A DNA stretch of 64,000 nucleotides from Candidatus Bathyarchaeia archaeon (GCA_049512935.1 JBEKWR010000005.1:32001-96000), one strand, 5' to 3'. Positions 40,221 to 51,396 are shown, counted from the first letter of the stretch. Notes: generated from the sequence alone by a model not told the origin. Numbers and translations are program-made.

Positions 40221-41200
40221 TTTATGTTATCCTCCCTGAGCGAGCGGCCCGTGTACTTAAGGAAAACATCATCTAAACTTGGCCTAGACAACGTTACAGC
40301 TTGCGCCTCCAAGTTGCTCGCGTCGAGCGAGCGTAAAAGGTCAGGCATAATTCTCTCTCCGTCTTTAACAGTAAGATGCACAGCGTTGTTCATAGTTTGA
40401 ATTTTCTCCACCTTAACCTTCTCGGTTAACAAAGTTTCAGCCTTGCAAGCAACTTCCTCCGACACAAAACTAAACACTATCGTGTCGCCGCCAACCGAGC
40501 TTTTCAATTCTTCCGGTGTTCCCTCCACAACAATTTTTCCGTTATCTATGATGGCTATTATGTCGCACAGCTTATCGGCTTCATCCATGTATTGAGTTGT
40601 TAAAAAGATGGTGACGCCGTCAGCCTTCAGTTTTTTAATTTCTCCCCACAAGTATGCTCTGCTCTGCGGGTCAAGCCCTGTTGTCGGCTCGTCGAGAAGA
40701 AGCAGTTTCGGATGGTGAATCATTCCAAGCGCAATGTCTAAACGACGTTTTTGTCCGCCCGAGTAGGTCTGGGCTGGCCGCGCAATGAATGAGCCCATCT
40801 GCAAGCGCTCCACAAATTCGGAGGCGTATTTCTTCGCGGTTAAAGTGTCTAAACCGTACAGTTGAGCTTGAAGGACCAGGTTCTCAACGCCTGTAGAACT
40901 CAAGTCGGCTCCACCTGCTTGGCTCACGCACCCAACGTTCTGCCTGATCTGCTCCTGCTGACCCGCCAAATCGTACCCGAGAACCTTCGCTTCCCCACCA
41001 GTTGGGCACAACAACGTGGAAAGCATCTTCTGCGTGGTGGATTTGCCAGCGCCGTTTGGACCTAGAAAACCGAAGATTTCCCCTTTCCTAACGGCGAGAT
41101 CTATACCTCTAACTGCTTCTACCTCTTTTTTGCCGCCCCGCCCGTTAGTAACGAAGGTCTTCCGAAGCCCTTTCGTTTCTATCACTAAATTTTCTGTCAT
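40217..41200 (-). CDS. ABC transporter ATP-binding protein (DrrA-like)
   Basis: GPNGAGKST, YSGGQKRR, LLLDEPTTGLDP motifs. Confidence 0.95.
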   Translation of the reverse strand: MTENLVIETKGLRKTFVTNGRGGKKEVEAVRGIDLAVRKGEIFGFLGPNGAGKSTTQKMLSTLLCPTGGEAKVLGYDLAGQQEQIRQNVGCVSQAGGADLSSTGVENLVLQAQLYGLDTLTAKKYASEFVERLQMGSFIARPAQTYSGGQKRRLDIALGMIHHPKLLLLDEPTTGLDPQSRAYLWGEIKKLKADGVTIFLTTQYMDEADKLCDIIAIIDNGKIVVEGTPEELKSSVGGDTIVFSFVSEEVACKAETLLTEKVKVEKIQTMNNAVHLTVKDGERIMPDLLRSLDASNLEAQAVTLSRPSLDDVFLKYTGRSLREDNIK

Positions 41201-41219
41201 ACCTAACCGCCATAGTTAA

Positions 41220-41274
41220 TTGATCAAATTTCAATACCGAAATCGTTTAACCGATATTGATCAAGCGCTATAAA
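41220..41274 (-). promoter_or_regulatory. ABC operon promoter with two TTGATCAA palindromes
   Basis: TTGATCAA at 41220-41227 and 41257-41264, between a minus-strand TTTATA (about 41269-41274) and the start codon. Confidence 0.55.
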
Positions 41275-41712
41275 CGTTGTCTTCATTTAGAAAAGGAGCC
41301 ATGGAAGGATGATGCGCCTTGTTGACCAAAAAACGGTCAGAGACACTGTTGCTAAGCGATGTTACGCACATAGTTTTAAGAACAATCTTAGGCAATCTCT
41401 GCTTGAATCGTCATGTGCAACTTACCGAATATGCAAAGATCAGATCTTAACGAGATCCCGAAGCCCGAAAGAAAACAAAAAAGAGAAATCGAAGTTGACC
41501 CAGTCAACATGTTTACGGTCGACTACAAGCTGCTGAAGAATCTCCGTTAACACGCGAAATGCCACGCTTGCAACAGCCCAGCTTAAAGCGTTTCCAGAAA
41601 ACAGAGCGCTGCCTAACCGTAATCGTGCTGCTTCCCGTGTGAAAACTCATACGTTATCTGAGATGCCAAAAAACGTTTTCCATTAAACTTTGGAAAGACA
41701 GAAAAGTGAGGC

Positions 41713-42075
41713 TTAACTTTCTGTTTTCTCTTCGTTCGTTTCTTCGAAGGCGATTTCTTGCTCGGCTTGCGCTTTAGCTTCTTGCTCAGCCTTCGTCTCG
41801 GCTTCTTTCCGAGCGTGCACTTCTGCGTCCAGCGATTCTGACTCTGAGTTTATCGCGTTTGACGTGACGATCGCCACTACGAAGGAAATAACGCCGGCAA
41901 CTATGAACGGCAAAGATGCTGTTAACACGCTCATGTAAACTAACTTCGCAGGAGCCGTTGACAAGTAGAGCACCGTATCTAACTCGTAAGTCGCCACCGC
42001 CGCTATCCCAGTGAAAACTATGAACACAATGCCGAACAGGAAGGAGAGTTTGTTTACGATTTTCCAGTTATCCAT
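41713..42075 (-). CDS. Two-TM membrane protein with acidic tail
   Basis: MDNWKIVNKLSFLFGIVF...; GAGG upstream of ATG 42075. Confidence 0.7.
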   Translation of the reverse strand: MDNWKIVNKLSFLFGIVFIVFTGIAAVATYELDTVLYLSTAPAKLVYMSVLTASLPFIVAGVISFVVAIVTSNAINSESESLDAEVHARKEAETKAEQEAKAQAEQEIAFEETNEEKTES

Positions 42076-42327
42076 TCGTCCTCGCCAGTTACCTCTGCTT
42101 ACTCGCTCTCTCCTTTTAAACCCATTGCATCCCAAACCGACCGCGGAGTTGGCTGCAAAAACGCCTCAAGCCAGCAGATCGAAGCGGATATTTGTTTTGT
42201 CTGATGTTTCAGGAAGACAGAGCGGGACGCGGAATCGAAGCGCCAATAAACATATAAGGTACCAAACGTCACGTTATTTTGGGTATTTTGCCCTTTCTTC
42301 TGTTTTAAGAAAACAAGAGGACTTTTT

Positions 42328-45300
42328 ATGAAATTTAAGGTTTGTAAGCTTGTAGCATTAGTATTCGTAGTTTTTATCATGACTTTTGCATTGTTAGCTA
42401 CTAATGGAGCCCGCGGGGCGGCAGTGAACTCAACAGTAACGGTGGGAGCCAGTCCTGTTGGTGTGGCTTACGACTCGGGCACGGGCGAAATATTCGTGTC
42501 TAACACCGGCGCTAACACCGTTTCAGTCATTTCGGACAGCACTGACAGCGTCGTTGCAAACGTCACAGTCGGGAACTCTCCCAGCGGCGTGGCTTACGAC
42601 TCAGGCACGGGCAACATATTCGTAGCTAACACTAACTCAAACACTGTCTCGGTCATCTCGGACGGCACCAACAGCGTAGTTGCAAGCGTAACGGTGGCGG
42701 CTAATCCCGTGGGAGTGGCTTACGATTGGGGCAAAGGCGAAGTTTTCGTGGCTGACTCGGGCGCTGGCAACGTTTCAGTGATATCTGACAGCACCAACAA
42801 AGTGGTTGCTAACGTGGCGGTGGGAACAAATCCCCAAGGCTTGGCTTATGATTCTGCCAAAGGCGAAGTGTTCGTGACAAACTACGGGTCTAACACGGTC
42901 TCAGTCATATCAGACAGCACCAACAAAGTGGTCGCGACCATCAACGTGGGAAACAACCCCTTGGGCGTCGACTACGACTCGAACAAAGGAGAAATATTCG
43001 CAGCGAACTACGGAAGCAGTACGGTTTCGGTGATATATGACGGCAACAACTCGGTGATTGCGACCGTCACTGGGGAAAACAACCCGTACGGTGTGGCCTA
43101 CGATGCGGGAATAGGCGAGGTCTTCGTAACAGACGCTGGCTCAGGCTCGGTCTCGGTTATATCGGAAGAAACTAACACGGTGGTTGAAAACATAGCGGTG
43201 GGAAACAGCCCGTACGGCATAGCTTATGACTCTGGAATGGGCAAGATACTGGTGGCTAATCACGGGTCTAACTCGGTGTCGGTCATATTGGATGCGGTTG
43301 TTGCATCCGTGCCCACGGGAAGTTGGCCCCAAGACTTAGCTTATGACTCTGGCAAGGGCGAAATATTCGTGGCCAACTGGGGCGACAACACGGTATCCAT
43401 AATATCAGACAACATCAACAGCGTGGTTGCAACCGTAAACGTGGAAAACTGGACTTATGGCGTAGGTTATGACGCTGCCAAGGGCGAAGTGTTTGTAGCC
43501 AACTATGGAAACGACACGGTCTCAATCATATCGGATAAAACTAACACCGTGGTTGCAACCTTGAATGTCGGAGCAGGCCCCTCATGCGTGGCTTACGACC
43601 CTGCCAAGGGCGAAATCTTCGTAACCGAGTACGACGGCAACGCGGTGACAATCATATCCGACAGCGCCAACAGCGTAGTCGCGACGGTGCCCGTGGGAGC
43701 AGGCGCATATGGCATAGCTTACGATTCTGGCAAAGGCGAAGTTTTCGTGGCTGACCTCAACTCCAACTCTGTTTCAGTCATTTCTGACAGCACCAACAGC
43801 GTAGTCGCAACCATAAGCATGCCGCATGCTGACGGTGTGGCTTACGATTCTGGCAAAGGCGAAGTTTTCGTCACGAACTATTACGAGGGCACGGTCTCGG
43901 TGATATCGGACAGCAGCAACTCTGTCGTGGCAACTGTAAACGTTGGAACGTCTCCTGAATGCGATGTTTATGACCCGGCGAACGGTCAGGTTTACGTGAC
44001 TAACGAGGGGTCAGACTCTGTGTCGGTGATATCTGACAGCAGCAACAGTGTGGTGGCAACCTTAACTTTGGGGTACTACCCCTACGGCATAACTTACGAT
44101 TCTGCAAGAGACGAAATATTTGTAGGCAACACTTTCTCCCAGACGGTTTCCGTATTGTCTGACGGCACAACTTTTGCTACGCACGCGCTCACAGGCACGG
44201 TGGATCAGGGTCAGACATCCACGTTGACCTCGACCCTGCCTACCTCGGGCACCCCGCCTTACACGTACCAGTGGTTCAGCAAAGCGCCAAGCGCCTCATC
44301 ATACACGGCGGTTAGCGATGCCAACTCGTTCAGCTACAACTTCGCAACCTCAACTTCAACAGCCGCTGGAATCTGGAGCTTCCGCCTACAAGCAACCGAC
44401 AGCACAGGAACAGCAGTAAACTCCACTGCCACAACCGTAACTGTTAACACTGCGTTGTCCGCTCCCTCTGCCTCGTCCTCGCCAAGCGCAATCGATCAAG
44501 GACAAACCTCAAGCCTAACCTCCACAACGGTGACGACGGGAACGGCGCCTTACACGTATCAGTGGTTCAGCGAAGCCCCAGGAGCATCAACGTACACGGC
44601 AATCAATGGCGCAACATCGTCTGGCTACAGCTTCGTAACGTCGGGTTCTACGGCAGCGGGAAGCTGGAACTTCATGCTTCAAGTAACAGACAGCACTGGT
44701 GCAACGGCAAATTCCAATGCAGCCGCAGTTACGGTAAACGCCGCTGCAATTGTCTCTGTAACGCCTTCTTCCTGGACTATGGATGTTGGCCAGTCTAAAC
44801 CCTTTACAGCTGCTGTTTCAGGCGGCACTGGCACGCTTAGCTATCAATGGTACTTGAGCGGTTCCTCCGTTTCAGGTCAGACTGCCTCAACCTACACGTT
44901 CACCGCGTCTTCTGCTGGCTCGCCGACAATCTACTGTGTGGTCAAGGACGGCACTTCCAAAGTGGTACAGTCGAACACGGTTTCCGTTACGGTGAATCCT
45001 GCCTTGACGGTTGCCGTGTCACCCGCATCCGCCGCGATGGACAGCGGTCAGTCTGAACTGTTCACGGCGACAACCTCAGGTGGCAGCGGCACTCTCAGCT
45101 ATCAATGGTACCTAAACAGTTTATCCGTTTCAGGCCAGACGAGTTCAACCTACACGTTCATTGCTTCGTCCTCTGGCTCACAAACGATTTACTGCAAAGT
45201 GACCGACCAAGCTTCCGCCCCTATAACTATCCAGTCAACGACGTCAACTGTTTCGGTGAATTCCGCTTTAATCGCTCCAACCGCCTCCTCGTCGCCCAGC

Positions 45301-46104
45301 ACTTTGAACCAGGGTCAGACTTCAAGTTTGACTTCTACCGCGGTGACAACGGGGACAGCGCCTTACACGTACCAGTGGTTCAGCAAAGCGCCAAGCGCAT
45401 CAACATACGCGACAGTTAGCGGCGCGAACTCTTTGAGCTACAACTTTGCAACGTCAACCTCGACAGCCGCGGGAGAATGGAACTTCAAGTTTCAAGTGAC
45501 CGACAGCGCAGGAGCGGCAGTAAACTCTACTGCCACAACCGTAACAGTCAACCCCGCACTAGCCGTACCCACTGCAACTTCCAATCTAAACCCAGTTGTC
45601 CAAGGACAAACCGCAACCTTAACCATCACAACCGTCACAACAGGAACCGCACCCTACGCATACCAATGGTTTAGCGAAACGCCCGGAGCATCAACGTACA
45701 CTGCAATCAATGGCGCAACATCGTCTGGCTACAGCTTCGCAACGTCGGCATCCACGGCAACTGGCACCTGGAGTTTCGTGCTTCAAACTACGGACAACGT
45801 TGGAGCCGCAATCAACTCAACAGTTGCCACAGTGACCGTTAATGCAGTCAGCACAGGTAACTCCCAGCCTAACCCGACACAAACTCCGTACGTAAGCCCA
45901 ACTGCCCCTCCTTCAACTCCAAGCCCGACACCAAAGCCGACCGCTTCTCCTTCTCCAACCCCCACAGCAACGCCAACATCGTCTGCCTCTCAAAAACAAA
46001 CTGGATCCAAGTTCAGCACTGCAGCGCTCGTTTTGATGGGATTAGGAATCGCGGCGGTCGCCGTTTCATTGGTTGTTGTGGCAATAAAGAAGTTTAAGCA
46101 TTAG
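42328..46104 (+). CDS. Large cell-surface protein: YVTN beta-propellers, Ig/PKD-like repeats, Pro/Thr linker and TM anchor
   Basis: Signal peptide; 14 GVAYD-type repeats; 6 YQW-containing Ig-like modules; C-terminal TM followed by KKFKH. Confidence 0.92.
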   Translation: MKFKVCKLVALVFVVFIMTFALLATNGARGAAVNSTVTVGASPVGVAYDSGTGEIFVSNTGANTVSVISDSTDSVVANVTVGNSPSGVAYDSGTGNIFVANTNSNTVSVISDGTNSVVASVTVAANPVGVAYDWGKGEVFVADSGAGNVSVISDSTNKVVANVAVGTNPQGLAYDSAKGEVFVTNYGSNTVSVISDSTNKVVATINVGNNPLGVDYDSNKGEIFAANYGSSTVSVIYDGNNSVIATVTGENNPYGVAYDAGIGEVFVTDAGSGSVSVISEETNTVVENIAVGNSPYGIAYDSGMGKILVANHGSNSVSVILDAVVASVPTGSWPQDLAYDSGKGEIFVANWGDNTVSIISDNINSVVATVNVENWTYGVGYDAAKGEVFVANYGNDTVSIISDKTNTVVATLNVGAGPSCVAYDPAKGEIFVTEYDGNAVTIISDSANSVVATVPVGAGAYGIAYDSGKGEVFVADLNSNSVSVISDSTNSVVATISMPHADGVAYDSGKGEVFVTNYYEGTVSVISDSSNSVVATVNVGTSPECDVYDPANGQVYVTNEGSDSVSVISDSSNSVVATLTLGYYPYGITYDSARDEIFVGNTFSQTVSVLSDGTTFATHALTGTVDQGQTSTLTSTLPTSGTPPYTYQWFSKAPSASSYTAVSDANSFSYNFATSTSTAAGIWSFRLQATDSTGTAVNSTATTVTVNTALSAPSASSSPSAIDQGQTSSLTSTTVTTGTAPYTYQWFSEAPGASTYTAINGATSSGYSFVTSGSTAAGSWNFMLQVTDSTGATANSNAAAVTVNAAAIVSVTPSSWTMDVGQSKPFTAAVSGGTGTLSYQWYLSGSSVSGQTASTYTFTASSAGSPTIYCVVKDGTSKVVQSNTVSVTVNPALTVAVSPASAAMDSGQSELFTATTSGGSGTLSYQWYLNSLSVSGQTSSTYTFIASSSGSQTIYCKVTDQASAPITIQSTTSTVSVNSALIAPTASSSPSTLNQGQTSSLTSTAVTTGTAPYTYQWFSKAPSASTYATVSGANSLSYNFATSTSTAAGEWNFKFQVTDSAGAAVNSTATTVTVNPALAVPTATSNLNPVVQGQTATLTITTVTTGTAPYAYQWFSETPGASTYTAINGATSSGYSFATSASTATGTWSFVLQTTDNVGAAINSTVATVTVNAVSTGNSQPNPTQTPYVSPTAPPSTPSPTPKPTASPSPTPTATPTSSASQKQTGSKFSTAALVLMGLGIAAVAVSLVVVAIKKFKH

Positions 46105-46211
46105 CATCGCTGTTTGCAGACAAAAGAGAATTAGGAGTTTCTGGGTAAGTAATGCTCCCTATTTTTTTCTTTTTTTTTGAAACGGTGCCTTCAAACCGAA
46201 ATCGACCTGTC

Positions 46212-46820
46212 TTAAACAACAGGGTACAGCCCACGTTTTTTTAGAAAAACAATTCTGGCGTCAATGGATCCCGCGATGGAGAAAAGCTGAGTAGGAACCA
46301 GTGCTCCTCTGCTCCATTTGTTTTTCGGAAAGAACCTGTCGACGGCTTCGTCAGTTACGGGGTTAAACCTTTCTTGACCCGTTTCTATGCTTGCACCCCT
46401 AATCAGCATGTGCCCCCGGGGTTTCAAGACACGGAAAACCTCGCTGCTGAACCTTGACCGATCAGCATCTTCTATAAGGTGGAACAAGCCCCGGTCAGTG
46501 ACGAGGTCGAAGGTTTGGCTTTCAAGCGGCAAATCAAAAACGCTGCCGAGCACCCAATCAACCTTAACTTGGGCGGCGTCGGCTCTTGCTTTGGCGATTT
46601 TGAGCGCTTTCCTGCTTAAATCAACGCCAGCCAGTTTGAAGCCGCATCGCGCCATGAAAATCGCGTCCAACCCGCCTCCGCAGCCGACGTCCAAGATTTT
46701 ATCGGTTTTCCTCAGCAATCCAGCAGCCACCAGCGCCGCAAGCTCGGGAGACGAGCTGTTTGGCTCCCAATGCCTAAAATCTCCAGACACGTAATCAGAA
46801 TCCCAATTGTAATCTGACAT
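46212..46820 (-). CDS. Class I SAM-dependent methyltransferase
   Basis: ILDVGCGGG, GVDLS, FDLVTDRGLFH motifs. Confidence 0.92.
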   Translation of the reverse strand: MSDYNWDSDYVSGDFRHWEPNSSSPELAALVAAGLLRKTDKILDVGCGGGLDAIFMARCGFKLAGVDLSRKALKIAKARADAAQVKVDWVLGSVFDLPLESQTFDLVTDRGLFHLIEDADRSRFSSEVFRVLKPRGHMLIRGASIETGQERFNPVTDEAVDRFFPKNKWSRGALVPTQLFSIAGSIDARIVFLKKRGLYPVV

Positions 46821-47007
46821 TGATTTCGGCTCGCTGCCTTGATTAATTCTCCGGGTCGTAGAAAGCCTTTTTCGTTGAGTTTATTTTGTCGAAGAGGTTA
46901 ATAACCAAGTTTACAATCTAGGTATTGACCCTAAAACGCAGGCGCAGACGCATCACACGGCTGCATCTCATTCTTGATGGGGTTCTTGAACAGAAGAAAA
47001 ATGTGAA

Positions 47008-48480
47008 GTGTCAAGTATGGCTTCGAGGTATCAACTGTTTATCAACGGAGAATGGGTGAACTCAGAGTCAGGAGAAACCTTCCAAAGAGTTAACCCTGCA
47101 GACCCAGACGAAGTTATCGGAGAATTCCAGAAGGGAAACGTTCTTGACGTGCAGAAGGCTGTTGACGCCGCCGAAAAAGCTTTTGAGGCTTGGTCGGATA
47201 CGCCCGCTCCGAAACGCGCCGAATACCTGTTTAAGGCTGCCCAGCTGCTGAACGAAAACAAGGTTGAGTTGTCTCGCATCATGACTCGAGAAATGGGCAA
47301 GACCTTGTCCGACGCAGGCGCTGACGTTCAAGAGGCAATCGATGTCGGGTTCTACGCCGCTGGCGAAGGCAAAAGGCTCTTCGGATACACCGCGCCCTCG
47401 GAAAAACCGAACAAGTTTGCGATGACCATAAGACTGCCCATCGGCGTGGCGGGGCTGATTCCACCTTGGAACTTCCCGATTGCCATTCCTGCCAAGAAGG
47501 TTTTCTACTCGCTTCTCTGCGGAAACACCGCCGTTCTAAAGCCAGCGTCAGACACTCCCCTCTGCGCCATTAAGCTGGTTGAGCTGGTGGAAAAGGCTGG
47601 AGTCCCGAAAGGCGTCATCAACTTGGTTACTGGACCAGGCGAAACCGTAGGGATGGCTTTGATAAGAGACAAGCGTGTGCGAGTCATCAGCTTCACGGGG
47701 CACAAAGACACGGGCGCAACGATTTTGAGGGAAGCAGGGCTTAAACGGTTAAATCTTGAGATGGGAGGAAAAAACCCGATTATAGTTATGGACGACGCAG
47801 ACCTTAAACTTGCAGTGAACGGGGTTTTATGGGGCGGCTTCGAAACCACGGGGCAGAGATGCACCGCTGCGTCCAGAGTGATTGTTCACCAGAAAATCAA
47901 GGAGACCTTTGAGGCTATGCTGCTTGATCAGGTTCGCAGGCTTAAGCTTGGAAACGGCTTAGACCCGAAGACCGATATTGGACCCTTAGTCAACAAGGCG
48001 GCGCAGGACAAGGTAAGCAGGTACGTTGAGATCGGAAAAAATGAGGGCGCTAAGCTGCTGGTAGGAGGCAACGTGCCCAAGGATTTGAAGGGGTACTTCT
48101 TTGACCCAACAGTTTTTACAGACTGCACGGCGAACATGCGGATTGCTCAGGAAGAAATTTTCGGACCAGTAATCTCGATTTTCTCAGCCCAAAACCTAAG
48201 TGAGGCAATCGAAATCGCGAATTCCGTCGAGTACGGTTTAAGCTCCTCGATATACACCAACAGCATAAACAACGCGTTTGTCGCAATCAACAAGCTTCAG
48301 GCAGGATTAACCTACGTTAACAGTCCAACAATCGGCGCTGAAAGCCACCTTCCCTTCGGAGGCATGAAACACTCAGGAAACACGCGGGAAGACGGACCTG
48401 AAGGCGTAAAGGAATTCACGGAGTTAAAAACGGTTTACGTTGACTTCTCAGGGAAACTTCAGAAAGCGTACATAGATTAA
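47008..48480 (+). CDS. Aldehyde dehydrogenase family protein
   Basis: PWNFP, LEMGGKNP, GQRCTA, EEIFGPV motifs. Confidence 0.96.
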   Translation: MSSMASRYQLFINGEWVNSESGETFQRVNPADPDEVIGEFQKGNVLDVQKAVDAAEKAFEAWSDTPAPKRAEYLFKAAQLLNENKVELSRIMTREMGKTLSDAGADVQEAIDVGFYAAGEGKRLFGYTAPSEKPNKFAMTIRLPIGVAGLIPPWNFPIAIPAKKVFYSLLCGNTAVLKPASDTPLCAIKLVELVEKAGVPKGVINLVTGPGETVGMALIRDKRVRVISFTGHKDTGATILREAGLKRLNLEMGGKNPIIVMDDADLKLAVNGVLWGGFETTGQRCTAASRVIVHQKIKETFEAMLLDQVRRLKLGNGLDPKTDIGPLVNKAAQDKVSRYVEIGKNEGAKLLVGGNVPKDLKGYFFDPTVFTDCTANMRIAQEEIFGPVISIFSAQNLSEAIEIANSVEYGLSSSIYTNSINNAFVAINKLQAGLTYVNSPTIGAESHLPFGGMKHSGNTREDGPEGVKEFTELKTVYVDFSGKLQKAYID

Positions 48481-48604
48481 ATCAAGCCCTTCGACTGATG
48501 CTTTGCTAAAGCCGCTTATCATTCCCACATGATTTACTGGCAGATTTAGCCGCTGTTTTCTTCTTTCGCAAGTTCTAAATACGGGCTTGAATGTCTGATG
48601 TTTT

Positions 48605-49828
48605 ATGAACGAGAAATCCGCGGTCAATAAGGGCTTTAAAAGGGTGCTGCTGCTTCCCGCCGTGCTGTTAGGTACGTTTCTCGCATATTCAATTAGTGTT
48701 TTTACCAGCACACTTCTTGTCGACATCGCCTCATCATTTAAAGTTTCGATCGGCACGGCAAGCCAGCTTGGGTTGATTAGCAGTCTTATAGGCTTAATAA
48801 TGGGTTTAGCGATGGGTGCCATTTCATTAAAGTTCAAACATAAATCGCTGTTTCTTTTGGGTATCGCATCCTTTGCGGTTGGAACATTGGGTTTCTTCGT
48901 TGCCCAAAACTTCGCTACAGTTCTGTTGTTCCAGTTCTTCATAGGCGTTGGCGCAGCGATTATCAGCATCATGAGTTACGCCTTGATTGGGGACCTGTTT
49001 CCTTTGGAAAGAAGAGGATGGGTTGTCGGCTTGACAGTTTCAGCCGTAATGGCGTCCTTTGTTATTGTTGCGCCATTGTCTGGATTTATCGCAGGCATTG
49101 CAGGATGGCGGATGGTGCTCCTCAGCTTTATCTTCCCGTTGTCTATCGCTTGCCTTGCAATCGGCTTTTTCGGCATTCCTTCAAAACAGTCACTGCCACA
49201 GTCGAGCAAATCTCTGTATTCGGAGGCGTTCAAACAGATTTTGCTCAATAAGTCAGCCATGGCATGCGTCATAGGGACCACACTCTTCACATGCATCGGT
49301 GTTATACCCGTGTATGCGGTTTCCTTCTACAGAATAGCATTCTCAGTGTCTCCTGCGATTGGAGGGGTATTTTCATCAGTCGCCGCTTTTGGAGGCATTT
49401 TGGGAGGAGTCACAAGCGGGAAACTTATAAACAGATGTGGCAGAAAGCCATTAACGGTAGCTGCAAGTGTCGCTTCAGGAATATCATCCATCTTATTCAC
49501 TTACATCCCTAACATGCTGATTTCAGTTGCCTTCTGGGCGATTGCAGCAACCTTCGCCTCCATAACCGTCGCAGCACTTTACAGCTTGGTTCTTGAACAA
49601 GTACCGAGTTTTAAGGCGTCGATGATGTCAATTAACTTGACGTTCCAAAATGCTGGTTTAATTTTGGGATTAATCATAGGTGGACTGGTGCTGAACCTCG
49701 ACCACAACAACTTCCAATTGCTAATGACTATTTTCGGAGCCTTGGGAGCTACTGCAGGCGCTATTGTACTTCTTTTAGCAAAAGACACATGCAAAACAGC
49801 TCAATTTGAAAGTTTAAGTCAGAAATAG
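48605..49828 (+). CDS. MFS transporter
   Basis: About 12 TM segments; GKLINRCGRK motif. Confidence 0.9.
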   Translation: MNEKSAVNKGFKRVLLLPAVLLGTFLAYSISVFTSTLLVDIASSFKVSIGTASQLGLISSLIGLIMGLAMGAISLKFKHKSLFLLGIASFAVGTLGFFVAQNFATVLLFQFFIGVGAAIISIMSYALIGDLFPLERRGWVVGLTVSAVMASFVIVAPLSGFIAGIAGWRMVLLSFIFPLSIACLAIGFFGIPSKQSLPQSSKSLYSEAFKQILLNKSAMACVIGTTLFTCIGVIPVYAVSFYRIAFSVSPAIGGVFSSVAAFGGILGGVTSGKLINRCGRKPLTVAASVASGISSILFTYIPNMLISVAFWAIAATFASITVAALYSLVLEQVPSFKASMMSINLTFQNAGLILGLIIGGLVLNLDHNNFQLLMTIFGALGATAGAIVLLLAKDTCKTAQFESLSQK

Positions 49829-49999
49829 CCTTTTAAATATTCACAAGAACCAAAAAATAATTTTTCTCAAACCTTACCGCTTTAATTTCTCTTCCTAAAA
49901 AATTGCTCCGGCAATTGAACGTGAGTTGACTGCGTTTGTAAATAATTAAAAGAAACTCGGGAGGCTAAGGCAGGATGCCTTTATGATTTTGTTGGATAG

Positions 50000-51268
50000 C
50001 TAGCTTTGCGGAGATTTCCTGTTTAGCCTCTTCTTTTCCGCGGCGAAAACAGCGAATGTCGTGCATACTGTCATGGCAACTAACGCGAGGGCAAGCGCTT
50101 GGCTGGGGAACTCTGGAACTGGCGGTGGAGTTGGCTGGGGAACCGTGATTGCGCCGAAAGCGTACAGGCTGTCGTCGTTTGAGCCGACGTACACTACGCC
50201 GTTAGCGATTGCAGGAGAGGAGTCTACAAGACCGCCAGTCCCGTAAGTCCACACGGTGCCACCCGTTGTAGCGTTCAAGGCGTAAACGTTATTGTCGTCA
50301 GAGCCCACGTAGACAACGCCGCCCGCAACTGCAGGAGAAGATTCCAGTTGGCTGCCCGTGGGATAGCTCCAAATTTTGCTTCCCGTCAAGGCGTTAAAAG
50401 CGTACAGGTTATTGTCTAATGAACCAACGTAGACCACGCCGTTGGCGACGGCGGGACAAGAGACGACTTGGTCACCTGTGCTGAAACTCCAGACTTTATC
50501 GCCGTTTGCAATGTTCAAACCGTATACGTAGTAGTCGTCTGAGCCAATGTAGACTAAGTTGCCAGCAACTGCGGGAGAAGAATCAACAGAATCACCAGTG
50601 GGGTAACTCCATTGCTCTGCGCCGGTTTGCGCGTTCAGCGCGTACACGTTGTCGTCTTCAGAGCCGACGTAAACCACGTTGTTTGAAACAGCGGGAGACG
50701 AAACCACGGAGTCACCTGTTTTGAAACTCCACTCTTTCGTGCCTGTTTGAGCGTTCAGTGCGTAAACCTTGTTGTCGTCTGAGCCAACGTAGACTACGCC
50801 GTTAGCAACCGCTGGGGAAGACTCCACTTGGTCGCCTGTCTTGTAGCTCCAAATCTTTGCGCCTGTAATTGCGTTTAAAGCGTAAATGCTGTGATCTTCG
50901 GAGCCAACGTAGACTATGCCGTTTGCAACGGCGGGGGAAGAATCTATAGCGCCGCCAGTCTTGTAACTCCAAATGAATGCGCCAGTGGCCGCGTTTAGGG
51001 CGTAAAGGTAATGGTCATATGAGCCCACGTAAACCTCTCCGTTCACTACGGCGGGAGAAGAGTAATCTATCTTGTTGTCTGTCGCGTAACTCCACAGCTT
51101 GGTGTTTGCGAGCGGACCTGCTGAAGTGGAGGAGCAGGTGTGGGTCAAGTCATGACCGAACATGGACCACCAATCTACCGTAGATTGCGCGTTGACTTCA
51201 GACGCCAAAACCGAAAACATCGACAAACATAAGATCCCAATAATAACCACGCTAAGGATTTTTTTCAT
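50000..51268 (-). CDS. Secreted PQQ-like 8-bladed beta-propeller with PEF-CTERM anchor
   Basis: Eight SSPAV..G.VYVGS.D repeats; VPEFP + TM + basic tail. Confidence 0.92.
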   Translation of the reverse strand: MKKILSVVIIGILCLSMFSVLASEVNAQSTVDWWSMFGHDLTHTCSSTSAGPLANTKLWSYATDNKIDYSSPAVVNGEVYVGSYDHYLYALNAATGAFIWSYKTGGAIDSSPAVANGIVYVGSEDHSIYALNAITGAKIWSYKTGDQVESSPAVANGVVYVGSDDNKVYALNAQTGTKEWSFKTGDSVVSSPAVSNNVVYVGSEDDNVYALNAQTGAEQWSYPTGDSVDSSPAVAGNLVYIGSDDYYVYGLNIANGDKVWSFSTGDQVVSCPAVANGVVYVGSLDNNLYAFNALTGSKIWSYPTGSQLESSPAVAGGVVYVGSDDNNVYALNATTGGTVWTYGTGGLVDSSPAIANGVVYVGSNDDSLYAFGAITVPQPTPPPVPEFPSQALALALVAMTVCTTFAVFAAEKKRLNRKSPQS

Positions 51269-51396
51269 TTTGTCTCATCCTCAAGAAATCTGCTTTGAAC
51301 TACATAAACGCAATGGGCTTTTAAGATTTTCCATCAATAAAAGGCAAGCTAAAGTTCCATGGCGACTGCTTGCTTAGAGACACCCAATTATCGCCG

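Noticed and set aside
42328-51268. Diversity-generating retroelement targeting the repeat-rich surface proteins
   Set aside because: No reverse transcriptase and no template/variable repeat pair with adenine-specific differences were seen.
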